64,000 nt of DNA, taken from NCBI GenBank assembly GCA_963755115.1, contig CAVWIK010000003.1:359327-423326 (forward strand), in the 5' to 3' direction. The notes beneath the pieces were generated by a model. That model was given only the letters and a program-made list of their open reading frames with translations. It searched no databases and was not told the DNA's origin. The stretch is from an uncultured Chloroflexia bacterium (GTDB lineage: Bacteria; Chloroflexota; Limnocylindria; Limnocylindrales; CSP1-4). Below are positions 45,394-54,941 of this stretch, in pieces (within the stretch, counting starts at the first letter, position 1; every line of letters starts with the position of its first letter). The translations under genes were made by a program, and so were the position numbers.

Positions 45394-46191
45394 CTACAGG
45401 CGCCCGAAGACCAGCGTCGCGACCAGAACGACCGCGATCGAGTTCAGGCTGCAGTGGACGACCATCCCGAGGTAGACGTTCCGCTTCCAGCTGACGGCGT
45501 AGACCGTCGGACCGAAGCCGAGGATCCGGGCAACGATCTGCCACGGCGACCAGAAGTGGTAGAGCGAGAAGAGGGTGACGTTGACCAACGGGGCCCACCG
45601 GCCCATGTACTCCATCCGCGGCAGCAGGTAGCCGCGGAAGTAGAGCTCCTCGACGATCGGACCCACGAACCCGTTGATCGCAAAGAACGCGACCAAGGTC
45701 ATTGTCCACACAGCACTGGAGTAGTCGCCGACCTGGTCGAGCGCGATCGGGGTCACGAACCAGTCCGGCAGCCAGCCGAACAGGGTGTCGATCAGCTGGG
45801 GCTCGATGACCTGATGGACGCCGAACCCGACGAAGGCCGCGACGACCAGCGTCGGCACGAGCCAGAGCCAGGTCCGTAGCGGCATCGGCCGGCGGAAGGG
45901 CACGCCGCCGAGCGCCGAGCCCGTGCCACGGCCGGCCCGCAGCACGATGCCGAGCTCGATCGGCACCAGGACGCCGACGATGGCCACGAGGAGCGCCACG
46001 ATCGGCGGCAGGCCGATGCCCTGGACGACCGGCGCGAGGACGACGAAGGCGACGGTCATCAGCGCCCCGGGCACGAGGAACAGGGCGAGCAGCTTGGGGA
46101 TGGGCAGCTGATCGGGAAACGATCGAGCATCGGCACCGGACGCACCGGAGGACGCGAGGGTGGTGGGCGTGGCCGCCAGATCGTCCGTCAT
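45394..46191 (-). CDS. CPBP/Abi (CAAX) intramembrane metalloprotease
   Basis: EELYFRG, FSLYH, HCSLN motifs; multiple TM segments. Confidence 0.88.
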   Translation of the reverse strand: MTDDLAATPTTLASSGASGADARSFPDQLPIPKLLALFLVPGALMTVAFVVLAPVVQGIGLPPIVALLVAIVGVLVPIELGIVLRAGRGTGSALGGVPFRRPMPLRTWLWLVPTLVVAAFVGFGVHQVIEPQLIDTLFGWLPDWFVTPIALDQVGDYSSAVWTMTLVAFFAINGFVGPIVEELYFRGYLLPRMEYMGRWAPLVNVTLFSLYHFWSPWQIVARILGFGPTVYAVSWKRNVYLGMVVHCSLNSIAVVLVATLVFGRL

Positions 46192-46285
46192 GGTTCGGGC
46201 CTCCGGGGATGTCGGGATGTCCAACGATGATGCAGCACGGGTCCGCGTCGTCGGGAACACGGCGGGGATGGCCCTCGACGCCGGG

Positions 46286-46299
46286 CAGGGTCAGCCCGG
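46286..46299. promoter_or_regulatory. AGGG-N4-CCC(T/G) palindrome, copy 1 (upstream of the CPBP gene)
   Basis: CAGGGTCAGCCCGG, about 95 nt from the start codon. A weaker copy GGGGATGGCCCT is at 46264-46275. Confidence 0.6.
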
Positions 46300-46378
46300 A
46301 GCCGGTCGAGGCTCGAAGCATCGAAGGACCGGACGGGCACCAAGGCACCCGTCCGGTCCGAACTGGTCGACGTCGAAG

Positions 46379-47200
46379 CTAGAACTCCTGGCGATCGAAG
46401 ACCAGTTTCGCCCCGACCACGATGGCCGTCATCGAGACGAGCCAGCCGACGAGGGTGATGACCGACGCCGGCTCGCCCTTCGCCGTTGCCATCGCCCAGA
46501 CGCCGATCGAGGTCGGCGAGACCTCGGCGACGATGGGAAGCAGACCTCCGAGGATCTGCGGCACGAGCATGACCGCGAAGGCGATGCCGGCCACACCGGC
46601 GGTCGACTTGACCGCCGCGCCCAGACCGACTGTCAGCGCGATGTAGAACGCCGGCAGGGTCAGGAACAGCAGACCAAACGTGGCGATCGTCGCGAGGTTC
46701 GGCAGGCCGCCGTACACGACCGTCGCGAGCACGGACGATACGACCAGCGGCAGGACCACCGCGGCGCCACTGAAGACGAAGAATGCGGCGAGGAACTTGG
46801 CCGAGATGATGCTGGTCGGCGAGACCGGATTGGTCAGGCTCCAACCGAGCGTTCCCCGGTCTCGCTCGCTCGACACGAGGGCCATCGTTGCGACGATGGC
46901 GATGAGTGGGACGGTCATCCCGGTCCAGCCGAGCAGGACATTGGCGGTCGGATCCATCGTCAGGTTGAGCGGGCTCCGCTCCACTCCGGTTGCCGCCGCT
47001 TGGCTCGTGGCCTTGGTGATGAACGGGATCAGCGTCGTGAAGATCGCGCCGGCGACGGAGATCCCGGCGACGATGAGGGTCTTCGGGCCTTTGAACCACT
47101 CGGTGACTTCCTTGCGGAACGCGGTCCCGAAGCCGAGAAACATGCCGCTACGGGCCTGGCCCTTGGCGGTCGGCCCGAGGGCCGCGGACTGGGCGGTCAT
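46379..47200 (-). CDS. ABC-2 type exporter permease
   Basis: FRKE, SSERDRGTLGWSLTNPVS..AKF; about 6 TM segments. Confidence 0.88.
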   Translation of the reverse strand: MTAQSAALGPTAKGQARSGMFLGFGTAFRKEVTEWFKGPKTLIVAGISVAGAIFTTLIPFITKATSQAAATGVERSPLNLTMDPTANVLLGWTGMTVPLIAIVATMALVSSERDRGTLGWSLTNPVSPTSIISAKFLAAFFVFSGAAVVLPLVVSSVLATVVYGGLPNLATIATFGLLFLTLPAFYIALTVGLGAAVKSTAGVAGIAFAVMLVPQILGGLLPIVAEVSPTSIGVWAMATAKGEPASVITLVGWLVSMTAIVVGAKLVFDRQEF

Positions 47201-48147
47201 GCCGCTACCTCCTTCTGGTCGATGAGTCGCAGGAAGACGGTCTCGAGATCGAGCGTCTCCTCCGAGTTGCTGATGAGGGTCAGGCCCGAATCGACCGCGA
47301 AACGCGTGATCAGGCGCTGGACGTCGGCCAAGGTTCCGTCGGACGCGGTGACGTCGTAGGTCGTCTCGTCGGCGGTGCGCTTCACGACCGTGACCAGGGC
47401 GACGCTCGCGAGCTCCTTGAGCCCGGCGTCGGTCGCCGGGGCAGCCCCGCCGAGGACGACGCGGAGCATATTGCGCGTGAACGAACCCAGGAGGGCCTGG
47501 GTCGGGGCGGCCTTGACGAGGCGTCCGTGGTCGAGGATCGCGACATGGTCGCTGACCCGCTGGACGTCGTCGAGGATGTGCGTGGAGTAGAAGACCGTCG
47601 TCTCGCCCTTCAGCTCGCGCATAAGGTCGAGGACGTCCTTGCGTCCGATCGGATCGAGCGCCGAGACTGGCTCGTCCAGCAGCAGGACGGCAGGCCGCCC
47701 GACGAGGGCCTGGGCGATGCCGAGGCGCTGGCGCATGCCACCCGAGTAGGTCGACGTCCGTCGATCGCCGGCCTCCGCGATGCCGACACGGTCCAGAAGG
47801 TTGGTGATCCAGCCCTCGCGGTCGGCGTCTGCGCCCCGGAAGCGGGCGACGTACCGGAGCGTTTCGCGGCCCGTCATCCATCCGTAAAACCTGGGGTCCT
47901 GGGCGAGGTAGCCGAGCTGGCGCCGATGCTCCCCGGCCGCGGAGACCGGGACGCCGTTGATGGTCGCGCTGCCACCCGTGCTGCGGGCGAGTCCTGCGAG
48001 GACCTTCAACGCGGTCGTCTTGCCCGCCCCGTTCGGGCCGAGGAAGCCGAAGACGGTGCCGCTCGGCACATCAAGGGTCAGATCGGTCAGGGCCTGGACG
48101 CCCTTGTAGTGCTTCGTCAGGCCGACCATCGAGATCGCGTTCGTCAT
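47197..48147 (-). CDS. ABC exporter ATP-binding protein
   Basis: GPNGAGKTT, YSGGMRQR, LLDEP, STH. AAAGGAG RBS. Confidence 0.92.
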   Translation of the reverse strand: MTNAISMVGLTKHYKGVQALTDLTLDVPSGTVFGFLGPNGAGKTTALKVLAGLARSTGGSATINGVPVSAAGEHRRQLGYLAQDPRFYGWMTGRETLRYVARFRGADADREGWITNLLDRVGIAEAGDRRTSTYSGGMRQRLGIAQALVGRPAVLLLDEPVSALDPIGRKDVLDLMRELKGETTVFYSTHILDDVQRVSDHVAILDHGRLVKAAPTQALLGSFTRNMLRVVLGGAAPATDAGLKELASVALVTVVKRTADETTYDVTASDGTLADVQRLITRFAVDSGLTLISNSEETLDLETVFLRLIDQKEVAA

Positions 48148-48239
48148 GCGTGGCTCTCCTTTCCAATGGGTGATTGCCTTCCGGCCAAGCCTGCGATCCA
48201 ACTCCCGCCTCGCCATCCGGGCCGCCCCGACAACAGGTT

Positions 48240-48253
48240 CAGGGTCAGCCCTG
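48240..48253. promoter_or_regulatory. Palindrome copy 2 (upstream of the ABC exporter)
   Basis: CAGGGTCAGCCCTG, about 93 nt from the start codon. Confidence 0.65.
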
Positions 48254-48273
48254 TCCCTTTGCCCCGGGGCGGG

Positions 48274-48483
48274 TCAATCGGCCGTCGATCCGGCCGGGAG
48301 TCGCCAGCCGGGCTCGGGAACGATGTGGCGCATGGCGGTCTGGCCATTCGCCTGGGCGACAGCCGCGAAGAACGCGGCTCGGCGGTGCGAGACGATGCGG
48401 CTGTCCTGGCACGAACAGCCATCTGTGCGGCACGAGCGCGCGACGGGCTGGCTCTGTGCGGTGGTCTCGTCCGATCCATTCAT
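48274..48483 (-). CDS. Small Cys-containing peptide (69 aa)
   Basis: C-x4-C-x-C motif (SCRTDGCSC), GAGGGG RBS-like sequence, co-oriented with the exporter. Confidence 0.5.
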   Translation of the reverse strand: MNGSDETTAQSQPVARSCRTDGCSCQDSRIVSHRRAAFFAAVAQANGQTAMRHIVPEPGWRLPAGSTAD

Positions 48484-48607
48484 GGCTCGTGGCCCCCTCT
48501 GCCTCGCATCCAGCAGTCGCTGGATGACCGCAGCGTGGTCCCCGTGCCGTCACGCACCATCGGGGAGGGCCCGACTTCTCGCTCAGTGAACGCCCGGATC
48601 CGGCCTG

Positions 48608-48619
48608 AGGGCTAACCCG
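48608..48619. promoter_or_regulatory. Palindrome copy 3 (upstream of the small peptide)
   Basis: AGGGCTAACCCG. Confidence 0.55.
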
Positions 48620-48658
48620 GAGCGGCCCAGCCGGACGACGCCGAGACGGACTCGGCGG

Positions 48659-50329
48659 TCAGGTGATCGGGATCTCTGCGACGACGAGGGTTCCCTGGCC
48701 CGCGGGGCTGTCGATCGTCAGCCGACCGCCGAGCGCGGCAACGCGGTCCTGGAGGCCGCGGATCCCGGATCCTCGTGAACGGTCGGCGCCACCGATGCCG
48801 TCGTCGCCGACCTCCACGCGAAGGATCGATCCACGACATTCGGCGCCGATGCTGGCCCGCGTTGCGCCGGCGTACTTGGCCACATTCGCGAGCGCCTCGG
48901 AGACCACGAAGTACGCGGTCGCCTCGACGGCGGGCGACAATCTCCGATCCGGGAGCGAGCTCACCTCCGCAGGCACCGACGAGCGCTCAGCCAGTGCGGT
49001 CATCGCCGCACCGAGACCGGCCTCGGTCAGGATCGCTGGATGGATGCCACGGGCGAGCTCACGAAGCTCCTGGATGGCGATCTTGAGCTCGGCCGCGGCC
49101 GCATCGGCCGCGGCGATCGCCTCGTCGTTCGGCTCGTCCGCGGCGCGAAGCCGCGACCGGAGAAGCCGGAGGGCGAGCGAGAGCGAGACGAGCCGCTGTT
49201 GGGCGCCATCGTGCAGGTCGCGCTCAAGCCGTCGTCGCTCTGCATCGGTAGCTTCCACGATCCTCGCTCGCGAGCGGCGCAACTCCGCCTCCGCGGTTCG
49301 CTGGTCGGTGAAGTCGCGTACGATCGCGGTGACCTCGTCCGCCCCGCTGGGCGCGATCCGCGCCTCGAAATCGCGCGTGCCGCTCGGAAGGTCGAGCGAA
49401 AAGTCATAAGCCTGGAGCTCACCGCTGTCGAGGGCCCGGCTGGCCGCGAGGGCCGCGTCGGATCCCTCCGCGAACATCAGGTCGTGGAGTTGCCGACCGA
49501 TGAGGGCGTCGGTTTCGGCGGCTCCGTTGGCGGCATCGCCGGCTCGCTCGTCGATGTAGTGGCCATCGCGCGCGAATCGGAACATCCGGTCCGGGATCAC
49601 ATCGACCATCGCCTGGAGACGACGCTCGCTCTGGCGATAGAAGCCGATCAGCAGAGCGACCGGGATGGCGGCCGGGGCGAGATCCTTGGCGGCGACGAGG
49701 ATGGCACCGACGTCCTCGGGGACGTCGGCGATCCGTCGGACGATGTTGATGATGAGTGTCGCGAGGAAGACCGCTCCGGCGACGAGGACTGGCAACAGGT
49801 CACGGCGGGCGCGAGCTGGAGCGATGAGCCATCGCCGGAGCACGACGACGCTGGTCATGATCGCGAGGGCCAGGCCCCCGTACAGACCGCTGGACTTGTC
49901 GGCGATGAGGGTCAGGCTGGTCGAGTACAGGATGTTGAGCCCTGTGACGCCGACGGCCAGGATGGCCACGGCCGCGCGATCGACCCGGGTCTCGAGGCGC
50001 CCGCTTGGGTACGCGAGGACGAGCGCGAGAAGGACGATATCGAACGTGTCCTCGAGCGCGAGAGCCAGCTCGTTGACGAGCGGGATCGTTGACCCGATCA
50101 GTGTTCCGATGAACCAGGTCAGCCCCACGAGGGTCATCAAACGGCCGGTCCGGTTCGCCGGCTCGTGGTCCCAGATCGCGAGTCCGCCGTAGAGATAGGT
50201 CAGCCCGATGGCGAGATGGAGCAGGCCCGCGCTGGCCGGCTCCCCGATGCTCACGGCGAAGGCCTCGCCGGCCAGGGCCGCGAGCGTGCCCAGCACGCCG
50301 ATCGTCAGACGGATGGAGCGTCCGCTCAT
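48659..50329 (-). CDS. Membrane sensor histidine kinase (multi-TM, PAS-like, HisKA_3, HATPase)
   Basis: ERDLHDGAQQRL H-box, EALANVAKYA N-box, DDGIGG, GSGIRGL. Confidence 0.92.
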   Translation of the reverse strand: MSGRSIRLTIGVLGTLAALAGEAFAVSIGEPASAGLLHLAIGLTYLYGGLAIWDHEPANRTGRLMTLVGLTWFIGTLIGSTIPLVNELALALEDTFDIVLLALVLAYPSGRLETRVDRAAVAILAVGVTGLNILYSTSLTLIADKSSGLYGGLALAIMTSVVVLRRWLIAPARARRDLLPVLVAGAVFLATLIINIVRRIADVPEDVGAILVAAKDLAPAAIPVALLIGFYRQSERRLQAMVDVIPDRMFRFARDGHYIDERAGDAANGAAETDALIGRQLHDLMFAEGSDAALAASRALDSGELQAYDFSLDLPSGTRDFEARIAPSGADEVTAIVRDFTDQRTAEAELRRSRARIVEATDAERRRLERDLHDGAQQRLVSLSLALRLLRSRLRAADEPNDEAIAAADAAAAELKIAIQELRELARGIHPAILTEAGLGAAMTALAERSSVPAEVSSLPDRRLSPAVEATAYFVVSEALANVAKYAGATRASIGAECRGSILRVEVGDDGIGGADRSRGSGIRGLQDRVAALGGRLTIDSPAGQGTLVVAEIPIT

Positions 50330-50365
50330 CGCGTGACTCTGACACACGGGCATCGGCGCACATAC

Positions 50366-50377
50366 GGGGCTAACCCT
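50366..50377. promoter_or_regulatory. Palindrome copy 4 (between the divergent kinase and response regulator genes)
   Basis: GGGGCTAACCCT. Confidence 0.6.
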
Positions 50378-50405
50378 GTAGGCGCTGCGGTCGTGCCGTG
50401 CCACG

Positions 50406-50771
50406 ATGGCGCCGATGGAGACCATCCTGATCGTCGACGACAATGCCGGCTTCCGCGTCCAGGCGCGCGCGCTGCTCGAGGCCGACGGGTTCGATGTCGT
50501 CGGCGAGTCCGAGGACGGGTCCTCCGGTCTCGCCGCGGCGCGCGCGCTCCGACCGGACCTCGTGCTGCTCGACATCGGCCTCCCCGACGTCGAGGGGTTC
50601 GAGGTGGCCCGGGAACTGGCGATCGACGGCCCTCCGCCCCTCGTGGTCCTGACCTCGAGTCGAGAGGCGGCCGCCTATGGCCCGCGGCTCGACAGCAGCC
50701 GTGTCCTCGGGTTCATCCCGAAGGACGAGCTCTCGGGGGCCACGATTCGCGCCCTCATGGCTGGCGCGTGA
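50406..50771 (+). CDS. Stand-alone receiver-domain response regulator
   Basis: IVDD, LLDIGLPD, LTS, FIPK; no output domain. Confidence 0.88.
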   Translation: MAPMETILIVDDNAGFRVQARALLEADGFDVVGESEDGSSGLAAARALRPDLVLLDIGLPDVEGFEVARELAIDGPPPLVVLTSSREAAAYGPRLDSSRVLGFIPKDELSGATIRALMAGA

Positions 50772-51421
50772 CCCTCCGCCTCGTCCTCGCCGACGACTCG
50801 CTGCTCCTGCGCGAGGGGATCGCCCGGCTGCTCGCCGATGCAGGCTTCGAGGTCGTCGGGCAGGCCGCCGACGCACCCGAGCTGCTCGCCGCGGTGCGCG
50901 AACTCCGACCAGATGTCGCGATCGTGGACATCCGCATGCCGCCCACGCACACCGACGAGGGCCTCCGCGCGGCCGAGGCGATCCGAGCCGAGCACGGGAC
51001 GTCGGTCGGGATCCTGGTCCTGTCCCAGTATGTCGAGACGACCTTCGCGCTCAGGCTGGTGTCGGACGGCGCCGGCGGCGTCGGGTATCTCCTGAAGGAC
51101 CGGGTCGACGACCTCGACGACTTCGCGGACGCCGTCCGTCGGATCGCCAGGGGCGGCTCGGTCATCGACCCCGAGGTCGTGGCCCAGCTCGTCGGACGAC
51201 GACGGACGAAGGTGCCGCTCGACGACCTGACGGAGCGCGAGCGCGAGGTCCTCGCCTTGATGGCCGAGGGCCGCTCGAACCAGGCCATCTGCGACGCGCT
51301 GTTCCTGGCGCCCAAGACCGTCGAGGCGCACATCGCGAACATCTTCTCGAAACTCGAGCTGCTGCCCGCGCCGGACGACCATCGACGGGTGCTGGCCGTC
51401 CTCGCTCACCTGCGCGGCTGA
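50768..51421 (+). CDS. NarL/LuxR-family response regulator
   Basis: LADD, IVDIRMPP, YLLK, LTEREREVLALMAEGRSNQAI...KTVEAHI. Confidence 0.93.
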   Translation: MTLRLVLADDSLLLREGIARLLADAGFEVVGQAADAPELLAAVRELRPDVAIVDIRMPPTHTDEGLRAAEAIRAEHGTSVGILVLSQYVETTFALRLVSDGAGGVGYLLKDRVDDLDDFADAVRRIARGGSVIDPEVVAQLVGRRRTKVPLDDLTEREREVLALMAEGRSNQAICDALFLAPKTVEAHIANIFSKLELLPAPDDHRRVLAVLAHLRG

Positions 51422-51435
51422 CAGGGTCTGCCCTG
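51422..51435. promoter_or_regulatory. Palindrome copy 5 (upstream of the membrane protein gene)
   Basis: CAGGGTCTGCCCTG, about 100 nt before ATG 51537. Confidence 0.6.
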
Positions 51436-51536
51436 ACGGGCTGGCCGGGGGCGCCCCGATGGCAGGCACCGGCGCGGCGGGCATGGTGGACGAAGCCGGC
51501 GAGGACCGGTGGCACACTCAGCCGAGGAGGCCTTCG

Positions 51537-52151
51537 ATGTCTCGTTCACCCATCGCCCGGTTCGCTGGTCCGATCGCTCTCGGGGCCGGCCTGCTGCTCC
51601 TGATCCAACAGCTCGTGATGATGCCGATCGTGGATCGCACGCAGATCGAGACGACGATGGCGAATCCGCTCTTCCCCGTCACGGCCGTCGGCTACTTCAT
51701 CGCGTTCTGCGGGCTGCTCATCGCCCTCGTCGCGGCTTATAGCTGGGAGGCCGACGAGGCGGGTGCCTTCGGCGTCATCGGCTTCCTGGCCGCGCTCGTC
51801 GGCACGATGTTCCTGGCCGGCGACCTGTGGTTCGAAGGCTTCGCCGTGCCGTGGCTTGGCAACGTGGCCCCGGCGTCGCTCCACCTCGCCGGCGGGATGC
51901 TGATGATCGGCGGCTTCACGAGCTATGTGCTCTTCGCGGTCGGCTGGGCGCTGTTCGGCATTGCCAGCATCCGGGCTCGCGTCTTCCCGCTGCCGATCTC
52001 GATCGCCCTCGTCATCGGCGGGCTCGTCGGGTTCCAGGCGGCCGTGCCACCGTTCGCCGTCCCGCTCGCCCTGGCCATCGCGGCGCTCGGGATCTGGATG
52101 ATCCGGACGAGCACTGTCCGCATCCCGGCCACGGTGTTCGCGGTGGCGTGA
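51537..52151 (+). CDS. Hypothetical membrane protein (about 6 TM segments)
   Basis: GAGGAGG RBS; hydrophobic; WFEGFAVP motif. Confidence 0.8.
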   Translation: MSRSPIARFAGPIALGAGLLLLIQQLVMMPIVDRTQIETTMANPLFPVTAVGYFIAFCGLLIALVAAYSWEADEAGAFGVIGFLAALVGTMFLAGDLWFEGFAVPWLGNVAPASLHLAGGMLMIGGFTSYVLFAVGWALFGIASIRARVFPLPISIALVIGGLVGFQAAVPPFAVPLALAIAALGIWMIRTSTVRIPATVFAVA

Positions 52152-52206
52152 ACGACGGACGCGGGCGCGAGGCACAAGACTCGGGCCTGCAACGAGGACG
52201 GGACGA

Positions 52207-52233
52207 AGGCCGCCAGCCGACGGCTGGCGGCCT
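52207..52233 (+). terminator. GC-rich stem-loop downstream of the membrane protein gene
   Basis: AGGCCGCCAGCCG-A-CGGCTGGCGGCCT, perfect inverted repeat. Confidence 0.55.
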
Positions 52234-52453
52234 CAGTCGGTCACGATCCTGCCGGTCACGGTCGCGTCGATGCTGTTCGTCGACGCGCCGAGACTCGTGG
52301 TGTGCTTGACGTGCTGCGAGCCCTTGTCCGGCACCGGTGGCCGGCTCAGGCCAGGACCGGGTCGCCAGCCGGTGGCCGCTGGGGGCCGTTCGGCTCTGTC
52401 CCAGCCCGCGTTCATCGGCGATGATGGTGGTTCGATCGGAAGGGGACACCGAC

Positions 52454-52729
52454 ATGGACAGCAAACGACCATCCGTCGCCGACATCATGACGATCGACCC
52501 CGTCGTCCTCGATGCCGACGCGTCGCTCGAGGAGGCGGACCTCGTGCTTCGCACGACGTTCCTCAGCGGCATCCCGGTCGTCGACCGCGACGGCCGATTG
52601 GTCGGGATCGTCACGCACGCCCATCTCGTGGCGTACCGCTTCGGCCTCGCCAACTTTATCCGGCCCAAGGCCGAACCAGTGCCGAGACGGCGGTCCGACG
52701 ACCCCGCCGAGGGCCACGACCGCCGGTGA
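52454..52729 (+). CDS. Single CBS-domain protein
   Basis: VADIMT..P, SGIPVVD..GRLVGIVT. AGGGG RBS. Confidence 0.75.
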   Translation: MDSKRPSVADIMTIDPVVLDADASLEEADLVLRTTFLSGIPVVDRDGRLVGIVTHAHLVAYRFGLANFIRPKAEPVPRRRSDDPAEGHDRR

Positions 52730-52789
52730 CCGCGCGGCTCGCCGCGGCGGGCCGGTGATGGCTCGCCGCGATGCGCGCGTGATGGACGG

Positions 52790-54031
52790 TCAGACCCGCT
52801 CGAAGGCCATCGCCACGGACCCGCCGCCGCCGAGGCAGAGGGTCGCGAGGCCATAGCGGCCATCGCGTCGGGCGAGCTCGTGGAGGAGCGTCGCTACGAC
52901 CCTGGCGCCCGATGCGCCGACCGGGTGGCCGAGCGCGATCGCGCCGCCGTTCACGTTGACCTTGTCCCAGTCGAAGCCGAGCTCCCGGCCGTCGGCGAGG
53001 ACCTGCGCCGCGAACGCCTCGTTGATCTCGATGAGATCGAACGCCTCGATCGGCATCTCGATCCGATCGAGCAGCCGGCGGACGCCGTGGATCGGGGCGA
53101 GGAAGAGCCACTTGGCCTCGATATCGGCCTGGGCGTACCCGATGATCCTGGCCAGGGGCTTGAGGCCGTACCGCTCGACGGTCCGCTCGCTGACGACGAC
53201 CGTCGCCGCGCCGCCGTCCGTGATGCCGGGCACGTTGCCGGCCGTGGCGGTCGCGCTCGTCGCGTCGCCGCGATCATCGCCGTCCGGCAGGTCGAAGGCA
53301 GGCTTCAGTCGTGCGAGCGCCTCGATCGTCGTGTCCCGCCGTGGGCCCTCGTCGAGCGAGACGATGGTCTCGCGTCCCTTGGCGTCGCGAACCGTGACCG
53401 GGGCGATCTCGGCGTCGAACCGGCCCGCGTCCATGGCCGCGATCGCGTTCATGTGGCTGCGCAGCGCGAACGCGTCCTGGTCCTCGCGACTGATCTGCCG
53501 CGCGATGGCGACGCGTTCCGCGTGCGTGCCGACATGGCAGTCCTCGACCGCGCACCACAGCGCGTCGTGCACGGTCGCGTCGACGACGGCTCCGTCGCCG
53601 AGGCGATAGCCGAAGCGGGCACGCGGCAGGAGGTACGGCGCGCCGTTCATGCTCTCCATCCCACCGGCAACGACGACGTCGGCGTCGCCGGCACGGATCT
53701 CGGCGGCACCGAGCATGATCGCCTTCAGCCCCGAGCCGCAGACCTTGTTGATCGTCGTCGCGCTCGTGGTCACCGGCAGTCCACCGAGGATCGCCGCCTG
53801 GCGCGCGGGTGCCTGGCCGGCGCCGGCCTGGATCACCTGGCCCATGAGGACCTCGTCGACCGGGGTCTCGGCCGGCAGGCCGCTCCGCTCGACCGCCGCC
53901 CGGATCGCGACGCCGCCGAGCTCGACCGCCGGAACGCCGGCCAGCGCGCCACCGAACTTGCCGATCGGCGTCCGTGCCGCGCTGACGAGATAGACGCCGC
54001 CATTGCGGCCAGTTGGGGTCGTGTCATCCAT
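52790..54031 (-). CDS. phaA: Acetyl-CoA acetyltransferase (beta-ketothiolase)
   Basis: NKVCGSGL, NEAFA, GHPVGASG, CLGGG; within the PHA cluster. Confidence 0.92.
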   Translation of the reverse strand: MDDTTPTGRNGGVYLVSAARTPIGKFGGALAGVPAVELGGVAIRAAVERSGLPAETPVDEVLMGQVIQAGAGQAPARQAAILGGLPVTTSATTINKVCGSGLKAIMLGAAEIRAGDADVVVAGGMESMNGAPYLLPRARFGYRLGDGAVVDATVHDALWCAVEDCHVGTHAERVAIARQISREDQDAFALRSHMNAIAAMDAGRFDAEIAPVTVRDAKGRETIVSLDEGPRRDTTIEALARLKPAFDLPDGDDRGDATSATATAGNVPGITDGGAATVVVSERTVERYGLKPLARIIGYAQADIEAKWLFLAPIHGVRRLLDRIEMPIEAFDLIEINEAFAAQVLADGRELGFDWDKVNVNGGAIALGHPVGASGARVVATLLHELARRDGRYGLATLCLGGGGSVAMAFERV

Positions 54032-54100
54032 GATGGTTCTCCGGATCTTGCGTGCGACAGGTCCCCGGTCGGGGCGGGTGGGCTCGCCGGTCGGCCGGCG

Positions 54101-54862
54101 TTACGTGTACAGCCCGCCGTTGATCTCGATGACCTGACCGGTGATGTAGTTGCCGTTGGTGACGAGGTAGGCGACGAGCTGGGCGATCTCCTCCGGCTGC
54201 CCGAAGCGGCCCATCGGGACCTTCGCCAGGATCGCGGACCGGACATCCTCGGGCATGGCCGCGATCATCTCGGTCTCGATGAACCCGGGCGCGATCGCAT
54301 TGACCGTCACGCCCTTGCGGGCGACCTCGAGCGCGACCGACTTCGTGAAGCCGACGACGCCCGCCTTCGCGGCCGCGTAGTTGGCCTGGCCGAAGTTGCC
54401 GTGGAGGCCGACCACGGAGCTGATGCTGACGATCCGGCCGTATCCGGCCTGGACCATGTGCGGGAGGACACGCGAGGTCATGTGGAACATGCTCGTGAGG
54501 TTCGTCTGGATGACGGCATCCCACTCCTCGAACGTCATCTTGGCCATCGAGCGGTCGCGGGTGATGCCGGCGTTGTTGACCAGGACATCGATCTTGCCGA
54601 AATGCTCGGCGACGCTGTCGACGGCCGGTCCGATGGCCGGCGCATCGAGAAGGTCGAGGCCGAAGATGAACGCCTGGCCGCCGGACGCGACGATCTCGGC
54701 GGCCACCGCTTCGGCATCCGCCTTGTTGTCGTGCGCTGCCTCCCCGGGGAGATAGGCGACGGCCACGGAGGCGCCGTGTCGTCCGAGTTCGAGAGCGATC
54801 GCCCGGCCGATGCCGCGCGATCCGCCGGTGACGAGGCAGGACCTGCCGGTCATCTCAGCCAT
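54101..54862 (-). CDS. phaB: Acetoacetyl-CoA reductase
   Basis: GGSRGIG, NNAGITRD, GNFGQANYAAAKAG; adjacent to the thiolase and phasin genes. Confidence 0.85.
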   Translation of the reverse strand: MAEMTGRSCLVTGGSRGIGRAIALELGRHGASVAVAYLPGEAAHDNKADAEAVAAEIVASGGQAFIFGLDLLDAPAIGPAVDSVAEHFGKIDVLVNNAGITRDRSMAKMTFEEWDAVIQTNLTSMFHMTSRVLPHMVQAGYGRIVSISSVVGLHGNFGQANYAAAKAGVVGFTKSVALEVARKGVTVNAIAPGFIETEMIAAMPEDVRSAILAKVPMGRFGQPEEIAQLVAYLVTNGNYITGQVIEINGGLYT

Positions 54863-54941
54863 CGCTGGACCTCCTTGACTCGGCCGGACAGACGGGGCCG
54901 GCCGGCGATCGCCGGTCGACCCCGTGGTATCGGCCGCTTGT

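Noticed and set aside
48144-48479. 111-aa alternative ORF upstream of the ABC ATPase
   Set aside because: Low-complexity Arg/Pro/Ala translation running through the operator and RBS; the 69-aa Cys frame is more credible.
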